Of a DNA stretch of 64,000 nt, positions 37,732 to 48,823 are shown in pieces. Source of the DNA: Sphagnum compactum (Eukaryota); contig OZ234493.1 in NCBI GenBank assembly GCA_965153455.1, positions 20,760,213-20,824,212 of the forward strand, given 5' to 3'. Under the pieces are notes generated by a model. The model saw only the letters and a list, made by a program, of their open reading frames with translations, was not told the origin of the DNA and did no database searches. The position numbers were made by a program, and so were the translations under genes. Position 1 is the first letter of the stretch. The number at the start of each line of letters is the position of its first letter.

Positions 37732-39000
37732 TTATCCCTTCGCTTGGGGTCGTGCAGACCACAGGGAACTTAGTGCTCGCAAACGTGCATAGTAATCAGC
37801 CACTGCAAGAAGAGCTCGCGCTGATTGACGGGTTGTGAAGATCCGAAGCATTTGTTGCAATGTCTGCTGCCGCAAATCATCCGCCTACCATTAATGCCAG
37901 GCCCGCCCCAAGCTCAACAGAGTCATTCACAGTAGAAAGAAAAGAAGGGTTCCAAAAGAGAAGAACCAAAAGAATGATCTATTTCCTTCAAAGAGAACCA
38001 TGAGCTGCAAAGGGATTGTTATATACCTACCTGTCGCACGAAAGACTCAACTGTGCCCAGTTTACCCATCGCCATCTGGCCCATGTAATTCGCTACGTTG
38101 GGTGACGAATCCACCAAGCTGCCTGCAATCGTATCTGCAAGCGATTGCTGTAAAGCTTCCATTGCTTGTGAAATCGCATCCTCTGCCTGTTGTAATGACT
38201 GTTGCAAGTTACGGATTCCGAGTAGTTGTTCCTCTGTGAGTGGCTCGACTTGTGGTATCACAATCTGCACACTCCCAAAAAAAAACCCAAAACTCATTTT
38301 GCTTTCTGAAAAAGAAAATGATATGCGTAATTTTTGTTGCAGCTACTTACAGTTGAAAAAACGAAATAGGTAGCTACTTGCTTTTCTTCCACCTCGCTTG
38401 ATGGTCAGGCTACCACATGTAAGACAAGACAAAATCTGGAGCTGGAAAAGAAAATCAGTACTAAATTATGCTTGTAATCAGCAGCATTCAACAACCATTT
38501 AAATTTACATTTCCCGTAATGCACCTTTAAGGCTTCAGAAGGTCCAAGGCCACCCATCCACATAAAGCAGCGCTCAGCTAGTGTGACCCACGTTCCTGAT
38601 ACCAGTTGGAATACATCCGTTTTAGCAGCGACAGCCTTGAGGCGGAATAAATAAATCATTATAATGTGCCGTTCCCACCTCTACGAGCAAGCGTAGCTCG
38701 TTGTCAGGTACATGGGCACGCAGTGCTGCGCGGAGCTCACACATGTACCGATGGTAGTCTTTCACCCATGTTCTACAGTCCATATCGAAAGTAGCCGCTC
38801 CTGCCCACATAACCCATCACAAAATACTTGAGATTTGTATTGCGTGCCTTGTCTGTCACCATTCATATAAGGGAAAATGTACATTTCACTAACACAACTG
38901 CCCAAAAAACACAGGAATCTTATGCAACAGATCATTAAAAAGTGAGTAACTCAAACGTACCTGGATTCAATGCGACAACAACATTCACCCCATTTGTGGC
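37732..39000 (-). pseudogene. 5'-truncated duplicate of the TGA gene lacking bZIP exons; exons (partial ~39000-38961), 38800-38525, 38264-38031, 37884-37732
   Basis: Exon-by-exon homology to 62545-61245. The 38800-38525 exon is 276 nt versus 272 (TTTA duplication, frameshift); next exon has a 6-nt deletion (MAMAM>MAM); stop shifted (ARPQAKG*). Confidence 0.88.
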
Positions 39001-39042
39001 TACTCAAAGAGGGACTTCTTATGACGTGTTTGGTGGCCCATT

Positions 39043-39603
39043 TTAGTGCATTGGGTGTCAGCAATTTTGTCAACACATATGTGTTTGTGTGTGTGTGTGT
39101 TTTTTTTCATCTTTCATTTGATTTTCCTTTGGTCAATTCTGACTTTCAGTCCTGTGATTTCTCATAAAAGACAAAGAAAGAAAGCCCATGCGGTCATCAA
39201 AAACCGAAGAAACTTCTTATGACGTATGCGAAAGCCCATTTTATTGCGTATGTGAACATCTCTTTGTGACGTACTTAAGTGGAACTTGTGGGTGGCATAG
39301 AGATAACCCTCAAGAATCACACTTATCTTAATTTTGCACTTTCCATGGAAGTCTAAGTTTATTTTAAAGTTTAAATCTCATTAGGGATTTAAAAAAAATT
39401 TGGTGGCAAAATTTTGCAATTTTGTGAATTATTGTGAGAATTTCTTCAACATAAAATGTGTCTTTTCAGCCGAAAAAAATTGCCACTTTTGTGAAATCAA
39501 AAATTGAAAAGAAAACCATTGAGTCTCATACTTGAGTGACAAAGAGATGGGCCTTCTTTAAGAAGTTTGTTCATTCAAACCATGCACGTATTTTTAGTTC
39601 ATT
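39043..39603 (-). repeat. Inverted copy of the TGA 3' flank (reverse complement of ~58703-59545 and partly ~35920-36340)
   Basis: AAGAAGTTTGTTCATTCAAACCATGCACGTATTTTT (39560-39595) is the reverse complement of ~58710-58745; GAAGAAACTTCTTATGACGTATG matches ~59212-59235. Confidence 0.85.
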
Positions 39604-40825
39604 TTAAATTTATTTTTGATAATTTCGTTTGCAATATTTTATTAAAATTATATCACAAAGTGATGTCCAGGTACCCATAAAGTCGATAAAAGCTAGGGTG
39701 GACTCACCCTATGTTCATTGAAAACATAAGGCATAGTCAAAAACATAGGGTGAGGAGTTGACAAAAGAACAAAACATGGGGTGAAACTTGGAAATGCATT
39801 TATTTTGATGCGTTTTGAGTTTCGCCCCTCTTTTTTTTTGTTGACACATGGATTATGTGACGACAAGGAAGAGATGAATCTTTAGGGTTTGCATTGGAAG
39901 GAGTGACAAATTTTAGCATAAAAAAAAGGTAGTCATTTTTTAGCACTAAATGTGTTTAGGCTTTCGGAGAGTAGCCAACTTGGGTTTTCATCATTGTTTG
40001 TGCTTGTCTTCTTGGTGTATATGAGTGCCATAAAAGTTTATTTGAAGGGGGAGGAGGTCCAATGCTTGAAAGAGGAGGTGTTTGAAGGCAAGTGCATCAA
40101 TAGAAAAAGAGGTCACATGTTTGAAGGTCATTTGACAAGCCAAGAGGTGCATCAACAAAAGTATGTCAATCTGCATGTTTAAAGGTGCATTAGCAAAGCA
40201 TCACTCACTTGAAAAAATTGTCAATCATCAACACAACAAATGCATCAACATATTAAGCAGGTATTGTTTAAACTTGGTGGGGTTTCTTTTCTTCATGTGG
40301 TTACCAAGGTTTTGTTCACATTGTTTGCGGGGTGTTTTTTCAATGTGTCATTGCCAGGGGTTGTTTGCATATTATTGAACTAGAAACGGCATCAGTCTCC
40401 TCCGTCTCTCCTACCTAGCTTTTTGCATGTTGTTTCCAATGCAATTAATCCCATCCAATTGTTCAAGTAATTGAATAACCGTCCTTTGACCTCCACCAAG
40501 GCCAAAATAAGATCCAAACTTGTCCCAATCATCCGAGTCTTCAAATGTGTGCTCACCCAAATCATCGAACACATAGGCTCCATCAAATGGACCTTCACCT
40601 ATAAATAGAAAGTAGAAAGGGTGAAAATGAACACAAACAAGAAAAATTCCAAACAAAGCAATCGAAAAGTAAAAAAAACTTCAAAAAGAAATAAAGAGTA
40701 GAGAATCAGAAGCCAAATAATGGACATCAGAAAATTCAAAAAAAAATCTCGGTGGGTACAACAAAGGATTCGATTTTTGAATCTTACACCCCTTTATTTT
40801 TCAAATTCTTCAACGACATGACTAT

Positions 40826-41143
40826 TTGGTAGCCACCAAATAGAAACCTATCTAGTGGTTGCCTAATCAAAATATAAGCTGGCCACTATATATAAGCCTC
40901 TTTGACGACCCCCTGATCAAAATATAAAATGGCAACCAAATAGGTTGATTTGGTGGCCACCATGTACAAAACTTTGATCTATCTAGTGGCCACCATGTTG
41001 ACATATTTGGTGGCCACCAAATGCAAAATATCTACAACCAACACACACAAAAAGGATAGAAAACTATCTGGTGGCCACCAGATGCAAAATATCTAACAAC
41101 CGACACACAGAAAAAGGATATAAAACTATCTAGTGGTCACCAA
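40826..41143. repeat. Cluster of palindromic TGGTGGCCACCA-like motifs
   Basis: About 8 exact or degenerate copies in ~320 bp; resembles the subterminal repeats of a DNA transposon. Confidence 0.6.
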
Positions 41144-42670
41144 ATGAATCCTACATTTTAAAATAAAACTCAGAGAAGAATCTTATCTAAATGTATTCAT
41201 AATTTAAAATATTGTACAATACTTGTTGAAGAAAACCATTAGTCATAATTTAATATAGCTTTAGGTGGGTTCAAGTCCTCGAGAAGAACTTGTTTGTTCA
41301 TCTATGTACCAATATCATCATCCTCGACATCCTCAACATCGTCCTCCTTCCCAACAATGGGCCTTTGCGATGGTTCCGCATAATAGATATCAGGTCATGG
41401 TGATACATCATTGGAAAGTAATTGCATCCTATGGTGGACCAATTTTGGCAAGTTTAGAGTCCCTTTTTTCCCTCCTTTTTGAATTCCCACCTACTTGGCC
41501 TAATAATAAAATCCCATTTGATCACATATTAATTTTAATCCTAGTCGTTCATTTGTGTTGGGAAAGTTGGGCGCCCAATTCAAATTTTTACTACTACGTG
41601 CATAGATGACACAAACATGTGGTCACCACTTTTCCTACATTTGTACACTACATGAATCTATCTAATGCACAATGGACAAGCTTTTGTCATGATTGTTGTT
41701 CTTACTAAGGTCTTCTAGCTTCGCATCTTCCAGCATTGCAAGAGGAGGTTGTCAAAGATTTTCACTATTCTTGTTGTGTAGGTATTTTATTATTGTTTTT
41801 ATTGTAGGAAACATTGTGTGTTCTTGTAAAGTCAAATAGGAAGGAAAGCATGGTCATCACGTTGGGTTTGCTGCACCATTATACAACAAAGTGTCAGAAC
41901 TAAAAGATGGTCGATCTTTATTCACAAAAGATTTTGTTGAAAAGTATGATCTATGTTGTGAAGGTTTAAGTCCCAAACACATCAAGATTCGAAGGGATTT
42001 GACTACAGAAGATGTCACAAAGGTTTTTGGTCATGTTGTGAATCAAAATGACTATAGTTATCTTCATTATGAAGACCTTGTTTTGATAGCAAAGATTGAA
42101 TCTTTGTTTATGATTGTTCATCAAACGACATGTGTTCCTACTACACGATTCATCTCATTTGGAATGGCAAGAGTCATTGTTCTAAACAGAAGTTAGGAAA
42201 AAAGATGAATTGGGCAGCGTATGTTGAATGGACGAACGTTGAACAACAAGGCACAAGTCATCCTTTCAAGCACAAAGACAAATTATTTACTTAGCGATTA
42301 TGAAGGCGGTAATAGCGAAGATGGTATGGAACACGAAGACTTTCAAATTCAAGCAATTTGAAGAGGAAAGTGCAAACCTGTTTTTCTTGAAAATATTGTG
42401 TTGTCAAGTTGTTTCTAGTTTTACAACATTTCATTTTGTTGAACTTGGGGTTGATTCTATTTATTGAAGTTGCTTGGTTGGTATAGTTTATTGAACTTAA
42501 GGTTGAGGTAACACAAAAATTTGCTTAAGACAGGTTTGCAAATTTCTTTTTTACTTACTACTACATTTCAATTTGTTAAACTTAGGGCTAGTTGAATTGA
42601 TACCCAATTGTTGGGTTGTGGTATGTTTTACAAAGCAGGTGTTCTAGAATAGCTTTTGCAATATGCAAAG

Positions 42671-42826
42671 TGTCATGGCCTAGGATATTTTGGGACTAGT
42701 ATGGCTCAGGGTTATAAAAGGAGATAGTCTGGGGAACAACCCTTTAGCAGATCAACACCAGTTGATGGATCAATAAAGCTTGTCTTGTCTTGTAATTCTC
42801 CACTTGTTTGTAGTCGGTCCATAACA
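42671..42826 (+). repeat. 5' LTR (156 bp)
   Basis: TGTCATGG...CATAACA; TATAAAA at 42713; AATAAA at ~42772; differs from 48668-48823 at only two positions by eye. Confidence 0.95.
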
Positions 42827-42969
42827 GTTTGATCTACTCCTTCTTCTTGTTTGTTTGTTTTGTTGTTTCAGTAAGTAGCTAGAGGTATATTGGAGTGAAA
42901 CTTGGAAAGGTTATAGAAGACTATAGGACGCTTCTACTCTCAAAGTTTCAAAAGAAAAGGATATGTTTT

Positions 42970-43775
42970 GAGAGAGATCCAAGCATCTGAAGTTTCAAGT
43001 GCAAATCTGGTTTTTTGGTCATATCTCCTTTGTGTAAGCTTTTCTGGTTCTGTAACTTTGTGATCTTATAGATCATATAGGAATATATGTGTGAGAGAAA
43101 TTTCATGTCATTTGGACTTGTATTGAGAGAGATTCAAGCATCTGAAGTTTCAAGTGCAGATCTGGTTTTTTGGTCATATCTCCTTTGTGTAAGCTTTTTT
43201 GGGTCTGTAACTTTGTGATCTTATAGATCATATAGGAATATATGTGTGAGAGAAATTTCATGTCATTTGGACTTGTATTGAGAGAGATCCAAGCATCTGA
43301 AGTTTCAAATGCAGATCTGGTTTTTTGGTCATATCTCCTTTGTGTAAGCTTTTTTGGGTCTGTAACTTTGTGATCTTATAGATCATATAGGAATATATGT
43401 GTGAGAGAAGTTTCATGTCATTTGGACTTGTATTGAGAGAGATCCAAGCATCTGAAGTTTCAAGTGCAGATCTGGTTTTTTGGTCATATCTCCTTTGTGT
43501 AAGCTTTGTTGGGTCTGTAACTTTGTGATCTTATAGATCATATAGGAATATATGTGTGAGAGAAATTTCATGTCATTTGGACTTGTATTGAGAGAGATCC
43601 AAGCATCTGAAGTTTCAAGTGCAGATCTGGTTTTTTGGTCATATCTCCTTTGTTTAAGTTTCTTTCGGTCTGTAACTTTGTGATCTTATAGATCATATAG
43701 GAATATATGTGTGAGAGAAATTTCATGTCATTTGGACTTGTATTGAGAGAGATCCAAGCATCTGAAGTTTCAAGT
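42970..43775 (+). repeat. 155-bp tandem array (5 full units plus a partial unit) in the retrotransposon 5' UTR
   Basis: GAGAGAGAT(C/T)CAAGCATCTGAAG starts at 42970, 43125, 43280, 43435, 43590 and 43745. Confidence 0.95.
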
Positions 43776-43813
43776 TTGAAGATTGAAAGCGCAAAAGTGT
43801 GAGAACTACCACC

Positions 43814-44788
43814 ATGGACAACTCAGAATCCAACATCGATCTCACTCAAATCCTCGCCGCCCTTCAACACCTTCAACAAGAAAATGCCGTGCTTAGAGAC
43901 TCGGTGACCCGCCTACAGAATCAGCCACCACCTCCTGCCCCAGTACTTCTTGCTCTTGCAATGGCCGCCCAAGAACCCAAGATCAGTCTGCCAGAAAAGT
44001 TTGATGGAACGCGCCTCAAATTTCGAGGCTTTGTCAGCCAGGTACGCCTGATCATGCAACTACACCCCCGTCGTTATTTTGATGACACCACTCGTGTAGG
44101 ATTCGTTGGAACCCTACTCACTGGGACAGCTGCAGCATGGTTTGCTCCCATCCTGGAAACATCATCCCCTCTTCTACAAGATTTCAACGCCTTTATGGCG
44201 GAATTTGAAGCAGTATTTGGGGACAGTGATAAGGCCAGGACTTCAGCCAACAAGCTGCGTCGCCTCCAGCAAGGGACACGTTCGGCCATCGTCTACGCTT
44301 CAGAATTCAGGCAGCTTGCCTGTGACGTCAATTGGGGAGAAGCTGCCTTGATTGATCAGTTTCGCTGTGGGCTTCGTGATGATGTTCAAGATCTTTTGTT
44401 GACACTCGCAGACCCTTCTTCCTTCAGTGAAGCCATCACCCAGGCAATTCGGTGCGATAATCGTCTGTTCGAACGTCGCCAGGAAAAGAAAGTCACCTCC
44501 AATGCCCAGCTTTGGAACAGTCGGCCTATTACGCTCCCCTTAGTTCCCCAAACAACACCAGTTGCCCGACCTGCCTCTTTTGGACCTGCTCCGATGCAGA
44601 TCGACACAGCTAAGTTTAAATCTTTGACAGAAGCCGAGAAACTTCGCCGAAGGACAAACAATCTATGTCTTTACTGTGGCAACCCAGGGCATATAGCTCG
44701 TCAATGCCCTCAAAAGCTTGTCAAACTTCAGGTACAAGCTGTGGAAACTCCCCAGGAGTTGGAAAACAAGAACATCCAGTCACAGTAG
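43814..44788 (+). CDS. gag: Gag (capsid + CCHC zinc knuckle), intact
   Basis: [10 protein letters not shown]...[48 protein letters not shown]10/sushi-like. Confidence 0.93.
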   Translation: MDNSESNIDLTQILAALQHLQQENAVLRDSVTRLQNQPPPPAPVLLALAMAAQEPKISLPEKFDGTRLKFRGFVSQVRLIMQLHPRRYFDDTTRVGFVGTLLTGTAAAWFAPILETSSPLLQDFNAFMAEFEAVFGDSDKARTSANKLRRLQQGTRSAIVYASEFRQLACDVNWGEAALIDQFRCGLRDDVQDLLLTLADPSSFSEAITQAIRCDNRLFERRQEKKVTSNAQLWNSRPITLPLVPQTTPVARPASFGPAPMQIDTAKFKSLTEAEKLRRRTNNLCLYCGNPGHIARQCPQKLVKLQVQAVETPQELENKNIQSQ

Positions 44789-47700
44789 GAGCCGTGCGAC
44801 TGGATCTCACCCAACACCACCTTTGCAAAGGCTCCTGTTCCGCTGTTGGTCCCAGTCCCAGTTTCACTCAGTATGTGGACATCATTCGTATTCCAGAAGA
44901 CATACCACAAGTGTCAGCTTTGGTGGACTCCGGCGCCACCTCTTCTTTCATCGACCAAACATTTGTCGTCCAACACAACATCCCTGTGGTCAAGAAGTCA
45001 ACCCCTGTTCCGGTAGAGGTTATTGATGGGAGAACCATTGCTTCTGGTGCAATCACACACGAGACAACCCCTCTAGAACTCTGTATCGGCAAGCACACGG
45101 AGAAGATTATTCTCAACATCATTTCCACCCCTCACCATCCCATCATCCTTGGTCTGCCTTGGCTAGAAGCACACAACCCTATCATTGATTGGCGATCTAG
45201 AACCCTCACCTTCAGCGCACAACGATGCACCTCTCAAGAACCCCACGCTCAGAAAAACACTTTGTCCAGTCCTGCCAAGAACCCTGTGGTCGAGAACCCA
45301 AAGAGGGTCGGAACCAATTCCAGTTTTATCAAGTCTGTTATGTCAAATCCTGCAGTCAAGAACCCCCGATTGGTCAGAACGAAACCTTGTCCTGTCCAGA
45401 ATCTTGTCAAGAATTATGCCCAAAAAACCAACCCTGTCCAGATCTTCGTTGATAGAGCTGTCCCTTTCTATCGGGCTGCTAAGAATCTTCAAGTCTTCGC
45501 CATCCATGTCAACCCAGCCAACACCACAAACCCCCAATCGGAACCAACACCTGTCAAACTTCCCAAGAAGTACAAGGACTTTGTTGATGTTTTTGAAAAG
45601 ATTAATGCTGATCAGCTCCCCGCCCATAGTCCATATGACTGCCCGATTGATCTAGAAGAAGGACAGTCACCACCCTTTGGTCCTATCTATGGCCTATCGG
45701 AACCGAAACTCCAAGCCCTGCGTGATTACCTTACTGAAAATCTTGCCAAGGGGTTCATTCAGCATTCCAAGTCTCCAGCCGGCGCCCCAATTTTGTTTGT
45801 CAAGAAGAAGGATGGCTCCCTTCGACTTTGTGTGGATTATCGTGGACTCAACAAGATAACCAAAAAGAATCGATATCCTTTGCCCTTGATTTCAGGTCTC
45901 TTAGATCGACTACGTACCAGGAAGATCTTCACCAAGCTTGACCTCCGTGGAGCCTACAACTTACTCAGGATTCGCCCTGGTGATGAATGGAAGACAGCTT
46001 TCCGCACACGCTATGGCCACTTCGAATACACGGTCATGCCCTTTGGCCTCACCAATGCACCCGTAGTCTTTTAGCATCTGATGAATGATATCTTCCGGGA
46101 TTACATGGACGAATTTGTCGTGGTCTATTTGGATGACATTTTAATCTTTTCCAAGGACCAGGAAACCCACGACAAACATGTACGATTGGTGCTTGCGACG
46201 CTGCGGGAGCATGGCTTATACGCCAAGTTGGAAAAATGTGAATTCGACAAATCTTCAGTGGCGTTCCTCGGCTACGTGATCTCTCCAGATGGCATTTTCA
46301 TGGACAAGTCAAAGGTCGAGACCATTCAGTGTTGGGCTACTCCATCCTCGGTCAAGGACGTTCAACGCTTCCTAGGGTTTGCCAACTTCTATCGTCGGTT
46401 TATCAAAGGCTATTCCAAGATCACAACACCGTTAATAACCCTGACTTGCAAAGACAAGCCCTTCTCGTGGAATCCAACGGCCCAGGTTGCTTTTGATACT
46501 CTCAAGATGGCATTCACCTCTGCACCCATCCTGATACATCCCGATCCTACCAAGCCATTCATTGTGGAAACGGACGCTTCAGATTTTGCCTTGGGAGCTA
46601 TTCTATCTCAATTTGGAATAGATGGGTTGTTCCATCCAGTTGCTTTCTATTCACGGAAGTTAACCAGTGCCGAAATCAACTACCAGGTCTACGATAAGGA
46701 ACTCCTGGCAATCATCACGGCATTCGAGCAGTGGAGACCGTATCTTGCCGGAGCTCAACATCGAGTCCAAGTTCTGACAAATCACAAGAATCTCCTTTAT
46801 TTCACAACTACTCGGACCTGAAATCGTCGCCAGGCACGCTGGTCTATCTTCCTAGCTGATTTCGACTTTGAGATTCAGTATCAACCCGGCACCCAGCAAG
46901 GGAAAGCTGACGCGCTATCTCGTCGTTCAGAATATGAACTTCGAGCGGGGGATGAGGCCTACGGCCAGCAGAACCAGACTTTACTCAACCCCAAGCAATT
47001 TCGAGTTGCAGCAACAATCAGCACCCTCCCAGACTCATACCTTGTCAGGGACATCAAGATAGCAACTGAAGAAGACACCTGGGCTACCAACATCAAGAAG
47101 GAACTCCAGGAACGACCAAGGAACCCAAATCGTGATGACTTGGATCAATTTGAGCAGCAAGACGGACTTCTCCTTCGAAATAACCTGATTTATGTACCCG
47201 AAGGACCTATACGCCTAAAAATCCTGAGGGAATGCCACGACAACACCCTGGCAGGTCACTTTGGAATGGCACGAACTCACGAACTAGTGTCAAGGACTTA
47301 CTGGTGGCCCAAAATGAACAAGATGCTACGGGAGTATGTCAAGTCTTGTGATACATGTGCTCGATCCAAGGCTCCCAGGCATCGCCCGTTTGGACTCCTA
47401 CAGCCTCTGTCGATTCCTAGTCGACCTTGGGGATCTATTGCAATGGACTTCATCACGGACCTCCCTACTGTCAGAACCAAGAATTCAATACTGGTTGTGG
47501 TCGATCGACTCACCAAAATGGCCCATTTCACCCCTTGTTCCAAGTCAATCACGGCAGAAGAGACAACTCAGTTAATTCTGGACGGGATCGTCCGACTGCA
47601 TGGACTCCCCGAGGAAATTGTGTCCGACAGAGGTCCTCAGTTTGCATCCAAGTTCTGGCATCGTCTATTCGAGCTTCTTGGAGTTGACATTCGGCTATCT

Positions 47701-48519
47701 TCAACTTTCCACCCTGAGACAGATGGACAAACCGAACGGACAAACCAGACACTCGAGCAATACCTTCGCTGCACTGTGAACTACCAACAGGACGACTGGC
47801 TGGACCTACTATCTCAAGCAGAGTTTGCTTATAATAACACAACACATGCATCGACCGGGATCAGTCCATTCTTTGCCAATTACGATTTTCATCCTAGGTT
47901 CAGCCTTGAAATTCCTGGAGACTCCGTAAACCCCTCGGCTGAAGAAAGGGCCACGAGGCTTGGACAGGTTCAACAGAACCTTATGGCAGAACTCAAGCTA
48001 ACACAGGAGTGGCAAAAGAAGCAAGCAGACCGCCGACGCAAGGACCATCCAAACTTCAAGGTTGGAGACAAGGTCTGGCTTCTCAGAAAGAACATTGCTA
48101 CCACTCGCCCATGTGCCAAGTTGGATTACAAGCGCCTCGGACCTTTCAAAATCGCCAAATTGGTTGGTCTAGTGGCTTGCCAGTTGGAGCTTCCACCCCA
48201 GTTCAAAATCCACAATGTTTTCCATGTCTCCCTGCTTGAGCCCTATCATGAAAACCCGATCCCAGAACGTCATCAAGAACCCCCAGCTCCAGTCGAAATT
48301 GAAGGCCAAGAAGAGTTTGAAGTTCAGGAGGTCTTGGACTCCAAGAAGATTCGTGGAAAGCTCCTGTACCTTGTCTTTTGGCGAGGTTATCCTCCTTCTG
48401 AAGCTACTTGGGAGCCTGCTGGAAACCTAGTTCATGCCCAAGACTTAGTTAATCGGTTTCACCAACGATATCCTAACAAACCGGCTCCATCTAGAAGATG
48501 TCGCTTGAGGAGAGGATAA
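44761..48519 (+). pseudogene. pol: Pol (protease, RT, RNase H, integrase, chromodomain) in the -1 frame, with two in-frame stops (46072-46074 TAG, 46819-46821 TGA)
   Basis: [37 protein letters not shown] zinc finger, SDRGPQF, ETDGQTERTNQ, LGPFKI, chromodomain EFEVQEVLD...FWRGYPPSEATWEP; all ORF pieces share one frame. Confidence 0.93.
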
Positions 48520-48823
48520 TGTCATGGCCTAGGATATTTTGGGATACTTTTGGCAATGTCATGTCCTAGGATATTTTGGGATACTTTTGGCAATGTCATG
48601 TCCTAGGATATTTTGGGATACTTTTGGCAATATCATGGCCTAGGATATTTTTGGATACTTTTGGCAATATCATGGCCTAGGATATTTTGGGACTAGTATG
48701 GCTCAGGGTTATAAAAGGAGATAGTTTGGGGAACAACCCTTTAGCAGATCAACACCAGTTGATGGATCAATAAAGCTTGTCTTGTCTTGTAATTCTCCAC
48801 TTGTTTGTAGTCGGTCCATAACA
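48520..48823 (+). repeat. 3' LTR (304 bp) with four additional 37-bp U3 units
   Basis: TGTCATGGCCTAGGATATTTTGGGATACTTTTGGCAA-like units at 48520, 48557, 48594 and 48631, then the 156-bp core at 48668. Confidence 0.93.

Larger units (their letters stand above)
42671..48823 (+). mobile_element. Full-length Ty3/gypsy chromovirus LTR retrotransposon (Tf1/sushi/Tcn1-like)
   Basis: TG...CA LTRs, 5-bp TSD CAAAG (42666-42670 / 48824-48828), gag-PR-RT-RH-IN-chromodomain order, PPT GAGGAGAGGA just before the 3' LTR. Confidence 0.97.

Noticed and set aside
42970-43775. CRISPR-like array
   Set aside because: Units are contiguous 155-bp repeats without unique spacers; eukaryotic retrotransposon context; no cas genes.
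46072-46074. Programmed stop readthrough inside RT
   Set aside because: Falls at the conserved FQ position (CAG>TAG), and a second stop follows at 46819; decay is the simpler explanation.
48520-48700. 37-bp repeats as CRISPR repeats
   Set aside because: No variable spacers; they are U3 repeats of the LTR.
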